Source of the DNA: a virus
IMG/VR virus record: IMGVR_UViG_3300035492_000219
Location: 1 to 38,837 of that record
Length of the DNA stretch: 38,837 bases
Direction: 5' to 3' (one strand)
Numbering within the stretch: position 1 is the stretch's first letter; every line of letters begins with the position of its first letter. Made by a program: the position numbers and the translations under genes. Under the pieces are notes generated by a model, which saw only the letters and a list, made by a program, of their open reading frames with translations, had not been told where the DNA came from and ran no database searches. Shown one piece after another: positions 31,526-38,837 of this stretch.

Positions 31526-32127
31526 CAGCCCTCCAGGTACACGGCCAGCTCGGCCGGGACGCTTACGGTATCGCCGATCACCACCTTGACCCGCGCCCGG
31601 CAGGCCGCCACCTGAATGGATGGCCCGCTGCCGATTCGCTGATAGTAGTAGTTGTGGTCATAGGCATACGCGCGGAAGGTTTCGCGCTTGCCGTCCTGCA
31701 CCATGCCGAAGCCCTTGCCCCACTGGTCGAGCAGCGGCCCGGTCTGTGACCAGTCACGCTCGGGCCGCCAGGCGATCAGTCGCCCCGCCTGTTGTACCGC
31801 CACCCGCCAGGGCAGGCCGTAGCACGGCGGCAGCAGGATCGGCGCAAGCCCCTCGGCAATCGCCACCGCCCAGGCCAGTGCGGCGCCGTCCAGCTCGTTG
31901 GCTTTCACCTCAACCATCTGGCCGGAAGGCTGCCCATTGGACTGGGCTGGCAGGCGCTGCGCGAAATGGGCGCGAGACAGGGCGCGGGCACGCTCGGCGG
32001 TAGTGACGCCGACGTGCTCAAACACCAGCGGGGGCACGTCACGGCGATGCGCTGCAGCAATAGCGGAAGGCGCAAACGGGCGGGCGTCTGCAAAGTCTGG
32101 CCCGTTACTGTCACGCGGCGCGTTCAA
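31525..32127 (-). CDS. DUF2591 (NinX-like) phage protein
   Basis: ..ELDGAALAWAVAIAEG..WRPERDWSQTGPLLDQWG.. is the family signature. Confidence 0.7.
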   Translation of the reverse strand: MNAPRDSNGPDFADARPFAPSAIAAAHRRDVPPLVFEHVGVTTAERARALSRAHFAQRLPAQSNGQPSGQMVEVKANELDGAALAWAVAIAEGLAPILLPPCYGLPWRVAVQQAGRLIAWRPERDWSQTGPLLDQWGKGFGMVQDGKRETFRAYAYDHNYYYQRIGSGPSIQVAACRARVKVVIGDTVSVPAELAVYLEG

Positions 32128-32396
32128 TGCTCATACCCCGCCACATAGCCCGGCTCGATCTTGGCCAGCAGCAGGCCGCGCAACGTCCAGCGGCGGCCCT
32201 GTTCGTCCAGCACGGTTTCCAGCAGCTCGGCGGGGAAGGCTTCGCGCACGTCGTCAAGCGTGTACGGCTCAAGCCCTGGGGCGAACGCCTGCGCCACGGC
32301 CAGCGCCTGGACGGCATCCTCGGCGGCAAACAGCATGTCCTCGGTCACCCAAAAGCCCAGCAGCGGGCGGGTCAGATCACGAACGGCGGCGGTCAT
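32124..32396 (-). CDS. Hypothetical 90-aa acidic protein
   Basis: 4-nt overlaps with both neighbours. Confidence 0.5.
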   Translation of the reverse strand: MTAAVRDLTRPLLGFWVTEDMLFAAEDAVQALAVAQAFAPGLEPYTLDDVREAFPAELLETVLDEQGRRWTLRGLLLAKIEPGYVAGYEH

Positions 32397-32719
32397 GCGT
32401 CACTCTCCAGAGCCAGCAGCGCGCGGGCCTCCATTTCGTTGCCGTAATCCTCCAACACCTTCCACTCGTCGGCCGTCCAAACGGTTCCCATATCGCTGGC
32501 CATATTCAGGGCGAACACCAGGCCATTGAAGTAACCGGCGGCGCGGGTAATGTCCTCGCGGCGCCTGGCGGTGAACAGCGTGTGCAGGGTCAGGCATAGG
32601 GTCAGGCGCATGCGGCTGCGCTCGATCAGCGTGGCGATGTTCTTCGGCATGCGGGTTAGAGCCGCATCGACGCGGGCGCGCTGGTCGGCGTCGATTTCTT
32701 CGGGGGTGCGCGCGGCCAT
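32393..32719 (-). CDS. Hypothetical 108-aa protein
   Basis: SD AGGAGA upstream of the ATG at 32719. Confidence 0.55.
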   Translation of the reverse strand: MAARTPEEIDADQRARVDAALTRMPKNIATLIERSRMRLTLCLTLHTLFTARRREDITRAAGYFNGLVFALNMASDMGTVWTADEWKVLEDYGNEMEARALLALESDA

Positions 32720-32813
32720 GGTTCGGGTTCTCCTAAATGGCGGGCTCTGCGTAAAGCCAGTGTGCCGGGTAATGGTACGCCACTCCCCGGCCTTCTGGTA
32801 TCCAGTGGACAGT

Positions 32814-32836
32814 AAAAAGCCGACCAGCGGGTCGGC
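32814..32836 (-). terminator. Intrinsic terminator inside the early operon
   Basis: Minus strand: GCCGACC-cgct-GGTCGGC followed by TTTTT. Confidence 0.6.
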
Positions 32837-32867
32837 TCGTGCGGGGGTCTATTTAACGAATGTCCCG

Positions 32868-33077
32868 TTATGCGCAGTCGGGCGGCTCGGGCAGCGGCAT
32901 CCAATGGGTGACTGCGGGGTAGCCCGGCAGGCGGTGAAACTCCTTGTTGCCGAAGCGCAGAACCCCCACGCCGTCGGCGCTGGCCGTCAGCACATTGGCG
33001 AACTTCGGCGGTAGACGATCCTCGACTTTGATCCATTGCCCGAACGGTGCCGGGGCTTCGCTATCCGGTTGCGTCAT
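32868..33077 (-). CDS. DUF551 phage protein
   Basis: ..GQWIKVEDRLPPKF..VTHWMPLPEPP is the family signature. Confidence 0.75.
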   Translation of the reverse strand: MTQPDSEAPAPFGQWIKVEDRLPPKFANVLTASADGVGVLRFGNKEFHRLPGYPAVTHWMPLPEPPDCA

Positions 33078-33146
33078 GCTCAGCTCCTGCCGGCGGCGCC
33101 GGCTTGTGGGTGGGTGCCCCTCGGTGGTGGGGCGGGTTCCTTTCGG

Positions 33147-33437
33147 TTATTGATCCTGGCCAAGCGCGCGACGCTCGGCGGCGTCAAGGCGCTTCCATAG
33201 GCCTGCCAGCAGCTCACCGCGCGGGCCGGTGGTGTCATCCCAGGCAGCACCCACGGCGGCCTTGAGTTCCTGCAGCTCGGCCAGGGTCACGTCACCCAGC
33301 GGAATGCGCCGGCCGGCAAGCCGCTCCGCGCGGCGCTTCTTGCGTAAGCGCTCCTGCCGCTGTGCGGCAGTCAGCGGGCGCTTGCAGGCCTCGATCAAAC
33401 AGAGGGTGCCGGGGTCGTTGGGGTCTTGCATGGCCAT
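33147..33437 (-). CDS. Hypothetical 96-aa protein with a basic central stretch
   Basis: ..AAQRQERLRKKRRAERLAGRR.. First gene after array 33467-33498. Confidence 0.5.
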   Translation of the reverse strand: MAMQDPNDPGTLCLIEACKRPLTAAQRQERLRKKRRAERLAGRRIPLGDVTLAELQELKAAVGAAWDDTTGPRGELLAGLWKRLDAAERRALGQDQ

Positions 33438-33466
33438 GGCTCGGGTGGTGATGCCTGGGTTTATTT

Positions 33467-33498
33467 TGCGTCATTGCGTCATATGACGCAATGACTAT
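33467..33498. promoter_or_regulatory. 8-bp box array TGCGTCAT TGCGTCAT ATGACGCA ATGACTAT containing the perfect palindrome TTGCGTCATATGACGCAA
   Basis: Read directly. The 28-bp core TTGCGTCATTGCGTCATATGACGCAATG is identical to that at 33762-33789. Confidence 0.75.
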
Positions 33499-33508
33499 TT
33501 ACGGTGAA

Positions 33509-33727
33509 TCACAGCCGCCCGGCGTTGGCCTCTTTCGCGCAATGCTCGGCAGCAAGCTTGACCAGCTTGGTGACTTCACGCACCACGTTCGGCACTTCCT
33601 TGGTCAGGGCCGACAGCGCCAGTTCGTAGGTCTGGCCGTTGGTTTTCGCCAGCAGTTTCAGGGCGTCCTCAATGGCGATGGCCAGAAAGCCAGGGGAGGC
33701 AAGGAAGTTGTCGGCGGTCAGGGTCAT
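33509..33727 (-). CDS. Hypothetical 72-aa helical protein bracketed by identical box arrays
   Basis: MTLTADNFLASPGFLAIAIEDALKLLAKTNGQTYELALSALTKEV.. No motif recognised. Confidence 0.55.
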   Translation of the reverse strand: MTLTADNFLASPGFLAIAIEDALKLLAKTNGQTYELALSALTKEVPNVVREVTKLVKLAAEHCAKEANAGRL

Positions 33728-33762
33728 GGCGGCGGCCTGCTGTGTGGGTGTGCCTGCATTAT

Positions 33763-33794
33763 TGCGTCATTGCGTCATATGACGCAATGGGTAT
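33763..33794. promoter_or_regulatory. 8-bp box array TGCGTCAT TGCGTCAT ATGACGCA ATGGGTAT (second copy)
   Basis: Read directly, 36 bp upstream of the 33727 start. Confidence 0.75.
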
Positions 33795-34478
33795 TTGCAG
33801 GCCGCGAATGCCACGCCGCGGCGGGTCGAGGCGGCAGGAAACCACCGCCGGCGGCCAGCGCAGAGCCTCGCGCCCGCGGAGGTCACGCCAGCAGCCTGCA
33901 GGCGCTGCGCGCCGCTCGACCCTGTGCCACCGCATGCCCTTGCCTGCGAACGCTTCACCTGCGCGAGCGCTGCAAGCCCTGGGCGTGATTCGAAGGCAAG
34001 CCCACCCCTCGTATTGATCGCCCGGCGCGTAGCGCCGAAGCCGTAGGCAGGCGCGTGAAGGCGCGAAACGCCGTAGCAGGGCGCAGAGCCTGGCGCGTAG
34101 TGGCGACGGCGTGCAGCAACTGGAACGGGCCGGGTTCGGTCGAATGCGGTGATGCGGTGGCGACTGGGTGCCCTCACGCGCGGGAGCGCGTCGACAGGGT
34201 GCATAAATGACAGGGCGTCGCCGGGTGCCGTGGGTGATGGGTGCAGGGGGCTAAAGGCTCTGCTTTATCCCGAAGGGTGGTACCACTCGACATAAAATTT
34301 TGCAGTATTCCGGGGCGCGCCTTGGGGCGGGGCGCGCGCTGGCCTGTCGGCAGGTGCAAAACGGGTGGCGCGGTGCTGAAAGTAGGGCTGAAACAGTGGC
34401 CAGAACGGCCGGAAACGGCCCTGCGCGAGGCGCAGGCGTGCAGAGGCACCGCCGGTAGGCGGTGCGTTTGGCGGGGGC
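33795..34478. other. About 0.7-kb non-coding region downstream of the rep gene: candidate replication origin
   Basis: Only shadow-type ORFs. Imperfect GC-rich repeats: GGCGCGTAG at 34024 and 34092, GCCGTAG at 34040 and 34070, GCGCAGAGCCT at 33858 and 34081. A lone AT-rich island lies at 34291-34309, preceded by TTATCCCGA (7/9 to a DnaA box) at 34265. Confidence 0.35.
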
Positions 34479-35324
34479 TTAGCGGGGCGGGTGGAGCTTG
34501 TCGAGCAGGGCGACCACTTCGTCGCGGGTCTTGCCGGGGTGCTGCATGGCCAGCTCGACCAGGCGCGCGGCACGGTCGCGGGCGTCGTCAATGCGTGCGA
34601 CGTTGGCCTGTTCCTCGGCGCGGCGCTGGCGGGCGCCCTCGGCCTCGCGGTGGCTCTGCCGGCGCTGCTGCTTGGCGGCCAGCTCGTTGAGGGCAGCCTG
34701 CTGCTGCTCGGCGCCGATCTGGCGCAGGCGTTTGGCGCGTGCGTGCTTCTTGGCGGTGCGCGCCTGGGCCAGCATGTGGCCCAGGCCAAGGTCGATAAAG
34801 AACTGCGGGCGCAGGTGAATGGTCACGCGGGTGATCCAGGCACGGCCGTTGTAGTAGACACGGCGCACCTTGCGGCGCACGTAGCGCGCTGCCTCAAGGT
34901 CGGCCAGGGTGCGCGAGACGCGGCATTCAGTCAGGCCGCCGTCATAGGCGATACCGCGCTGGCGGTTCAGGCGGAAGCCGCCGCGGTTGTCGAGCCAGCC
35001 CAGGGCCATGGTGGCCAGGTCCAGCCGCGCCAGGATCGGCTCGGCCATGGCGGCAAGCGCTGTCCAGCGCTGTTGCTTGGTGCGGCAGCCGCTGCGGTGT
35101 ATGTCATCCAGGCGGCGCAGCCAGCGGCCTTCGCGGCTGGAGGCTTCCTCTATCACGCGCGCGGCGGCGGTGCCCAGGAAGGTGGCGCGCTGCTTGTCGG
35201 AAAGGCGTCGGGGGTGGCGGTCGGCGCCAGGGCCGGCCAGCGGCTTGCGCGGCGCGGGCTCTCGCAGAGCGGCGTAAACGCCGCTTTCAGGCGAGCCGGG
35301 CAGGTAGCTGCGCACGGCCTTCAT
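34479..35324 (-). CDS. repA: Plasmid replication initiator, IncFII RepA-like
   Basis: 281 aa from ATG 35324 (the track ORF starts at GTG 35333). ..GLTECRVSRTLADLEAARYV..ITRVTIHLRPQFFIDLGL.. and a long basic/Gln-rich C-terminus parallel the R1 RepA layout and size. Confidence 0.6.
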   Translation of the reverse strand: MKAVRSYLPGSPESGVYAALREPAPRKPLAGPGADRHPRRLSDKQRATFLGTAAARVIEEASSREGRWLRRLDDIHRSGCRTKQQRWTALAAMAEPILARLDLATMALGWLDNRGGFRLNRQRGIAYDGGLTECRVSRTLADLEAARYVRRKVRRVYYNGRAWITRVTIHLRPQFFIDLGLGHMLAQARTAKKHARAKRLRQIGAEQQQAALNELAAKQQRRQSHREAEGARQRRAEEQANVARIDDARDRAARLVELAMQHPGKTRDEVVALLDKLHPPR

Positions 35325-35404
35325 GCGCGCCACCGGGCGGCGGTTGCGCCTGTCAGAGCCTGCGAAAACGCAGGGCGCCCAATACGGGCGACCGATGAAA
35401 GCAT
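35321..35404 (-). CDS. 27-codon leader peptide translationally coupled to rep (tap-like)
   Basis: Own translation: MLSSVARIGRPAFSQALTGATAARWRA. SD AGGGGA lies 7 nt upstream. Its TGA overlaps the rep ATG (ATGA at 35321-35324). Confidence 0.5.
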   Translation of the reverse strand: MLSSVARIGRPAFSQALTGATAARWRA

Positions 35405-35439
35405 GCTGATCCCCTAGCAGCGGGCTTGCTTAGAAGAAG

Positions 35440-35535
35440 ATCGGCGCTTAAACTCTGACTTGTGCTGGTCGTGAGCCTTGTTGCTTGCTGATCTCCGAAA
35501 ACCCTGAGCTTGCCGGCTCGGGGTTTTCTTTTTTC
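35440..35535 (+). ncRNA. Candidate antisense (counter-transcript) RNA against the rep leader; 5' end not defined
   Basis: Canonical plus-strand intrinsic terminator at 35497-35535 (GAAAACCCTGAGC-ttgcc-GCTCGGGGTTTTC + TTTTTT), lying antisense within the rep 5' leader. A possible TTGCTT-N16-TTAAAC promoter near 35425 is weak. Confidence 0.4.
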
Positions 35536-35593
35536 TAGTGCCCTGTTTTTCCTGTTTCGTGTTCTTGTTCGGCCGTTCGCCGAGTGCCGGGAA

Positions 35594-35857
35594 CTATAGC
35601 ATGTGGTTTTGCCCATTCACTATGGGTGAACCGATTTTTTTTGCCAGGTGATCCAGGGCGCGCTGCGCCACCTGCAGGCCCAGTATCCGCCCGCGCGGCA
35701 CCTCGCTATCCAGGGCGCCCGCCCTCACCAGCTCGGCCAGGTAATCGCGCGTCGCCTCGATGGTATCGCGGTCATCCTCGAAGATCAGCGGGTTACCGCT
35801 CTCCATGGCCAGCGTGGCGGCCGGCGTTTCCGTACTCATTGGGTTTGGCTGCGACAA
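35594..35857 (-). CDS. 87-aa acidic protein upstream of the rep leader (CopB-position gene)
   Basis: TTG start at 35857 with a strong SD (AGGAGG, 8-nt spacing). No sequence resemblance to CopB is claimed; only position and size match. Confidence 0.5.
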   Translation of the reverse strand: MSQPNPMSTETPAATLAMESGNPLIFEDDRDTIEATRDYLAELVRAGALDSEVPRGRILGLQVAQRALDHLAKKIGSPIVNGQNHML

Positions 35858-35978
35858 AAGGACTCCCTCCTACTGCGTCGACGTGCCGGCGATTGTAGCC
35901 GGCGGAACTGGTTATGCTGTACATATTCCCAGTGTGGCACCTTGCCACCCGTCAAGAAATTAGACACATTGCAACTAT

Positions 35979-36008
35979 CCGCCGACCCCTTGTCTCACAG
36001 GTCGGCGG
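35979..36008 (-). terminator. Stem-loop ending the tail operon
   Basis: CCGCCGACC-12 nt-GGTCGGCGG, 78 bp after the 36086 stop. The U-tract is poor. Confidence 0.4.
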
Positions 36009-36085
36009 ACATGCAAGCCCCTTGGTTATAACGGCTGCAGCGCCGTTCTCCACCTTGTTACCACCGCCCTGCAGGAACCCAAGCC

Positions 36086-37102
36086 CTACGCAATGAACAG
36101 CCGCGCAAACACCGCCGGCACGTTGCCCTTGTTGGTGAACACCGTGCCGCCTGGGCCTTGCTGGTAAATCTCGGCGTAGTTCTGCGCGTAGTTCAGGCTG
36201 ATCGCCGTGGGCGAGGCGCTGGGCGAGGTGGCCGACAGTGCCGGCAAGGTAAACGGGTTGATCATCACGTACTCGTCTTCTGCCACGTCGTAGCTCGCGC
36301 GCCAGTAGTAGTTCCCCGCCAGCGTGCCGCCTACCGCGCCGACATAGGCCCAGCTCTGCACCACGTTGGTGACCACCGCAGGCGCCGCGCCCGAGTCGTA
36401 CACGCGCGCAGCTGCGCCGTCCCATATGCGCAGCCCGTAGGTAGCCGATGCGGTTGGCGCGAACGCCGCGGCAAACCACTTGCCGCTGGGCAAGTAGCCG
36501 ATGTTTCGGGTGCTGATGCGAAAGCCCGTCCAGTTCCCGGCGCTGCCGAGGATCGACATGGCGTAATACAGTTCCGTGCCGCTCGACGTTGACGGGCGAA
36601 TGAACACGCACGGCGGTTCCTGGGTGGTAATCGGCTGCGGAAAACTCACCGTCACCGTCATGGTGGTGCCCTGATAGGTGCCACTGCTCAGCACCGAAAG
36701 CCGGGGTTTCTCGGCGTCGATCTGCACATAGCCATCATCATTGACCGCCAGGAAGCCATAGGAGCCCGAAGGCCCTGCAGCGCCGGCGGCTGGGCGGAAC
36801 TTCATCACCAGAATGCGCACCGTATTGCGCGTGTCGTTCGCGCTCGGTGCCGCCGGGTGGTAGCGCGTCACCTGCACGTTGTTGGTCTGCACCACGATAT
36901 GCGGCATAAAGCTGTTATCGACCGTGCCGGTCAACGCGAGCGCAACCGCGCAATGGTTGCTCGCGTTGCCGGTAATCGGGATGTTCAGTACCGACGTGCT
37001 GGCGAAGTTCACCAGCACATTCGCCACGATCTGGTAAGTGAACGTCGACGTGTCCAGCGTCAGGCGCCCTTGCTCGTCCCAGGTTCTAAGCCCTCCGATC
37101 AT
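36086..37102 (-). CDS. Hypothetical tail protein encoded after J (338 aa)
   Basis: Start overlaps the J stop (ATGA at 37099-37102). Beta-rich, Ser/Thr/Gly/Ala composition. Function unknown; possibly receptor-binding accessory. Confidence 0.6.
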   Translation of the reverse strand: MIGGLRTWDEQGRLTLDTSTFTYQIVANVLVNFASTSVLNIPITGNASNHCAVALALTGTVDNSFMPHIVVQTNNVQVTRYHPAAPSANDTRNTVRILVMKFRPAAGAAGPSGSYGFLAVNDDGYVQIDAEKPRLSVLSSGTYQGTTMTVTVSFPQPITTQEPPCVFIRPSTSSGTELYYAMSILGSAGNWTGFRISTRNIGYLPSGKWFAAAFAPTASATYGLRIWDGAAARVYDSGAAPAVVTNVVQSWAYVGAVGGTLAGNYYWRASYDVAEDEYVMINPFTLPALSATSPSASPTAISLNYAQNYAEIYQQGPGGTVFTNKGNVPAVFARLFIA

Positions 37103-38837
37103 GCTGTTAAATCCCCCGCCTGAATGCGCAGTACGTTGTTGCCGTCCCAGAACTTCAAGGCACGGTTCGTCAGCTGCATTCGCCCCTGCCCGGCTACGCT
37201 GCCGTTGATTTCAAAGGTGCCGCTCTTGTCCAAGCGCCACCCCTGCTGCCCGGCCACGTAGTCGGTCGATTGCAGCGCCGTGGCGATCTTCGCCATGTCG
37301 ATGGTGCCGTCACCGATCACCGCCGAGTTGATGAACACCTGCCCGCCCTGAATCACGAACGGCGTGGTGATCTGCCCGTTTGCCACGTTGATGACCGCGA
37401 ACCGATCCGCCTGGAACAGCACCTGGCTTTGCATCCCCTGCGGCGTGTTCTCGATGCCCAGCCCCATGCCGGCGGCGTAATACTGGCCGTTACTGGTAAC
37501 GCCCAATTTCACCGAGTACATGGCCTGCAGCTTGCCGTCCGTGGCGGCCTGCGCCTGGCTGACGGTCTGCACCGAGGCCGAGGCGCTGTCGGCCTTGGCC
37601 TGGGCGGTGTCGATGCGCGACGACAGCGCGCCGTCCGCATCGGCACGGGCCGTGGCCTCGCTCTGCAGGGCGGCGGCGATGTCGTTGTTCACCTTGGCGC
37701 TCAGCGTCTCGACCTGCGACGCCAGCGCGCTGTCGGCCGTCGCGCGGGCCGTCTGCTCGGCGCTGATCGCCGCGGCGTTCTGCCCGACCTGGGCCGTTAC
37801 CGTGTCGATGCGCTGCGCAAGGGCCATGTCCTCGGACGCGCGGGCGGATTGCTCCGACCACACGCCCGCCAGCACTGAAGTCGCGCCGGCATTCCAGCTC
37901 ATATCACCCGCCAGTGGCGGGTTGATCTGAGCGGAAATACCGTCGATGCGACTGGCCTGGCTGGACAGCTCGCCCTCGGTGCTGGTTACGCGGGTATCCA
38001 ACGAGCTGATGGCACCGGCCTGGGCCGTGTTCACGCTCTCGGCATCGCTAACACGGTTGGTCAGCGAGGTGATGGACTGACCTTGACTGGTCAGCGTATT
38101 GCCCTGCTGGGTCACCGTGTTGCTCAGGCTGTTCAGCGCCTCGGCAGTGGCTGCCGCGGGAATGCGGGGGTCTGTGGTGTCAACCCAGGCCGTTCCGCTC
38201 CACCGGCTTTGCTTGTTGTTCTGCCCGGCCGTGGTATTGATCCACAGGTCGCCCGCCACGAGGTTCGCCGTGGGCGCCGTGGCCTGCCGATAGGTGCGGT
38301 TCTTCGTGCCGACCGTGTTGGTCAGCGAGGTGATGGACTGGCCTTGGCTGGTTAGTGTGTTTTCGGTGCTGGTCACGCGCGTGTCGAGCGCCTGCAGCGC
38401 CGAGGCGTCCGCCTTGGTTGCCAGCCCCGACAGCGCATTGGCCGCAGCCGCGGCGGCATCCGTTGCCACCTTGTCCGTCACCGCCGTCCACGCCGAGCCG
38501 TTCCAGCGCTTGGGCGTGTTCGCGTTGTTGGTGGTGTCGATCCACAGGTTTTGTGCCAGCCGGTCAGCCGCTGCCGGCGCGGGCGACTGGACAATTACCT
38601 TGCCTTTGCTGCCCGCCAGGGTCGCCGCATCCTGCGCGGCCTGCTGCGCCGCCACCGCCTTGCCGTCCGCGGTGGAAACGCTATTGGTCAGCGAGGTGAT
38701 CGACTGGCCCTGGCTGGTTAGTGTGTTTTCGGTGCTGGTCACGCGCGTGTCGAGCGCCTGCAGCGCCGAGGCGTCCGCCTTGGTTGCCAGCCCCGACAGC
38801 GCATTGGCCGCAGCCGCGGCGGCATCCGTTGCCACCT
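37099..38837 (-). CDS. Tail tip / host-specificity protein J, C-terminal ~578 codons (5' part lies at 1..3373)
   Basis: Repeat units (TSQGQSITSLTN..), coiled Ala/Gln-rich region and the C-terminal ..YSVKLGVTSNGQYYAAGMGLGIE..LFQADRFAVIN..PFVIQGGQVFINSAVIGDGTIDMAKI.. tip-attachment pattern. The apparent M at 38835 is an internal GTG. Confidence 0.88.
   Translation of the reverse strand, partial: VATDAAAAAANALSGLATKADASALQALDTRVTSTENTLTSQGQSITSLTNSVSTADGKAVAAQQAAQDAATLAGSKGKVIVQSPAPAAADRLAQNLWIDTTNNANTPKRWNGSAWTAVTDKVATDAAAAAANALSGLATKADASALQALDTRVTSTENTLTSQGQSITSLTNTVGTKNRTYRQATAPTANLVAGDLWINTTAGQNNKQSRWSGTAWVDTTDPRIPAAATAEALNSLSNTVTQQGNTLTSQGQSITSLTNRVSDAESVNTAQAGAISSLDTRVTSTEGELSSQASRIDGISAQINPPLAGDMSWNAGATSVLAGVWSEQSARASEDMALAQRIDTVTAQVGQNAAAISAEQTARATADSALASQVETLSAKVNNDIAAALQSEATARADADGALSSRIDTAQAKADSASASVQTVSQAQAATDGKLQAMYSVKLGVTSNGQYYAAGMGLGIENTPQGMQSQVLFQADRFAVINVANGQITTPFVIQGGQVFINSAVIGDGTIDMAKIATALQSTDYVAGQQGWRLDKSGTFEINGSVAGQGRMQLTNRALKFWDGNNVLRIQAGDLTA
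38337..38837. repeat. Copies of the 366-bp J repeat at the right window end
   Basis: 38337-38591 = 112-366; 38592-38837 = 1-246. Near-identity with a few mismatches extends to about 38319. Confidence 0.9.

Larger units (their letters stand above)
1..38837. mobile_element. Complete-looking temperate siphovirus genome (HK97-type head, lambda-type tail) carrying plasmid-type replication and partition modules plus an integrase; candidate phage-plasmid
   Basis: Lysis, packaging, head, tail and immunity genes are in canonical order. The two window ends share a 246-bp identity. RepA-like, ParA and RHH genes are present. Confidence 0.8.

Noticed and set aside
33767-34449. Minus- and plus-strand ORFs of 90-145 aa in the region downstream of rep (33767..34204, 34174..34449, 33742..34017).
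   Set aside because: Arg/Ala/Gly/Pro-dominated translations with no SD-start context, and the ORFs overlap one another. The region is treated as non-coding (candidate ori).
35353-35616. 87-aa minus-strand ORF (MGKTTCYSSRHSANGRTRTRNRK..) covering the rep leader.
   Set aside because: Arg/Ser/Thr-rich composition that does not look like a protein. It spans the antisense terminator and overlaps the better-supported 27-codon leader ORF. Treated as untranslated leader.
35933-35950. TGGCAC..TTGC resembling a sigma-54 -24/-12 promoter upstream of the 35857 gene.
   Set aside because: The GG-to-GC spacing is about 6 nt instead of 10. It is better read as an imperfect inverted repeat (GTGGCAC-C-TTGCCAC), possibly an operator.
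38337-38837. J repeats as the template/variable repeats of a diversity-generating retroelement.
   Set aside because: No reverse transcriptase gene is present anywhere in the window, and the copies are identical rather than differing at adenines.

Overview
GC-rich (roughly mid-60s percent by eye) 38.8-kb window that reads as one complete temperate siphovirus genome, circularly permuted. Bases 1-246 are identical to 38592-38837, and the join lies in frame inside the tail-tip gene J. That J ORF (1..3373, minus) has no stop in the window and is missing from the supplied ORF track.

Almost everything is on the minus strand, in this order:
- Cro-like gene, early and regulatory genes, and a Q-like antiterminator.
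- A P4-type integrase plus small cargo genes.
- Pinholin, SAR endolysin and overlapped spanins.
- HNH endonuclease, TerS, TerL, then HK97-type portal, protease and capsid.
- Head-tail joining genes, tail tube, G and G-T chaperones (GGGAAAC -1 frameshift) and tape measure.
- A lambda-like M-(insert)-L-K-I-J tip; J wraps across the window ends.
- One post-J tail gene.
- A plasmid-type replicon: an 87-aa upstream protein, a plus-strand antisense-RNA terminator, a 27-codon leader peptide ATGA-coupled to an IncFII-RepA-like initiator, and about 0.7 kb of non-coding candidate ori.
- Small early genes (DUF551-like, DUF2591-like and others).

The only plus-strand block (28170-31214) is a lysogeny and maintenance module. 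It holds a CI-like repressor, two unknown genes (one with a LuxR-type HTH), a small Walker-type ParA, a ParG/omega-like RHH protein and two tiny coupled ORFs.

The points I consider most worth following up:
1. The element combines a phage, an IncFII-style replicon, a type Ib partition system and an integrase.
2. Phased 8-bp arrays (a GCGT box plus a 4-bp AT-rich spacer) occur at seven intergenic sites: upstream of parA, the RHH gene, int and terS, and on both sides of an early 72-aa gene. This suggests the partition RHH protein acts as a genome-wide regulator.
3. A 21-bp exact direct repeat brackets the int-immunity-partition block.
4. A tail-fibre cassette is inserted between gpM and gpL.
5. 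A secreted protein gene sits at the HK97 gp15 moron position.

All family assignments are motif recognition by eye. No database search, folding or statistics could be run.
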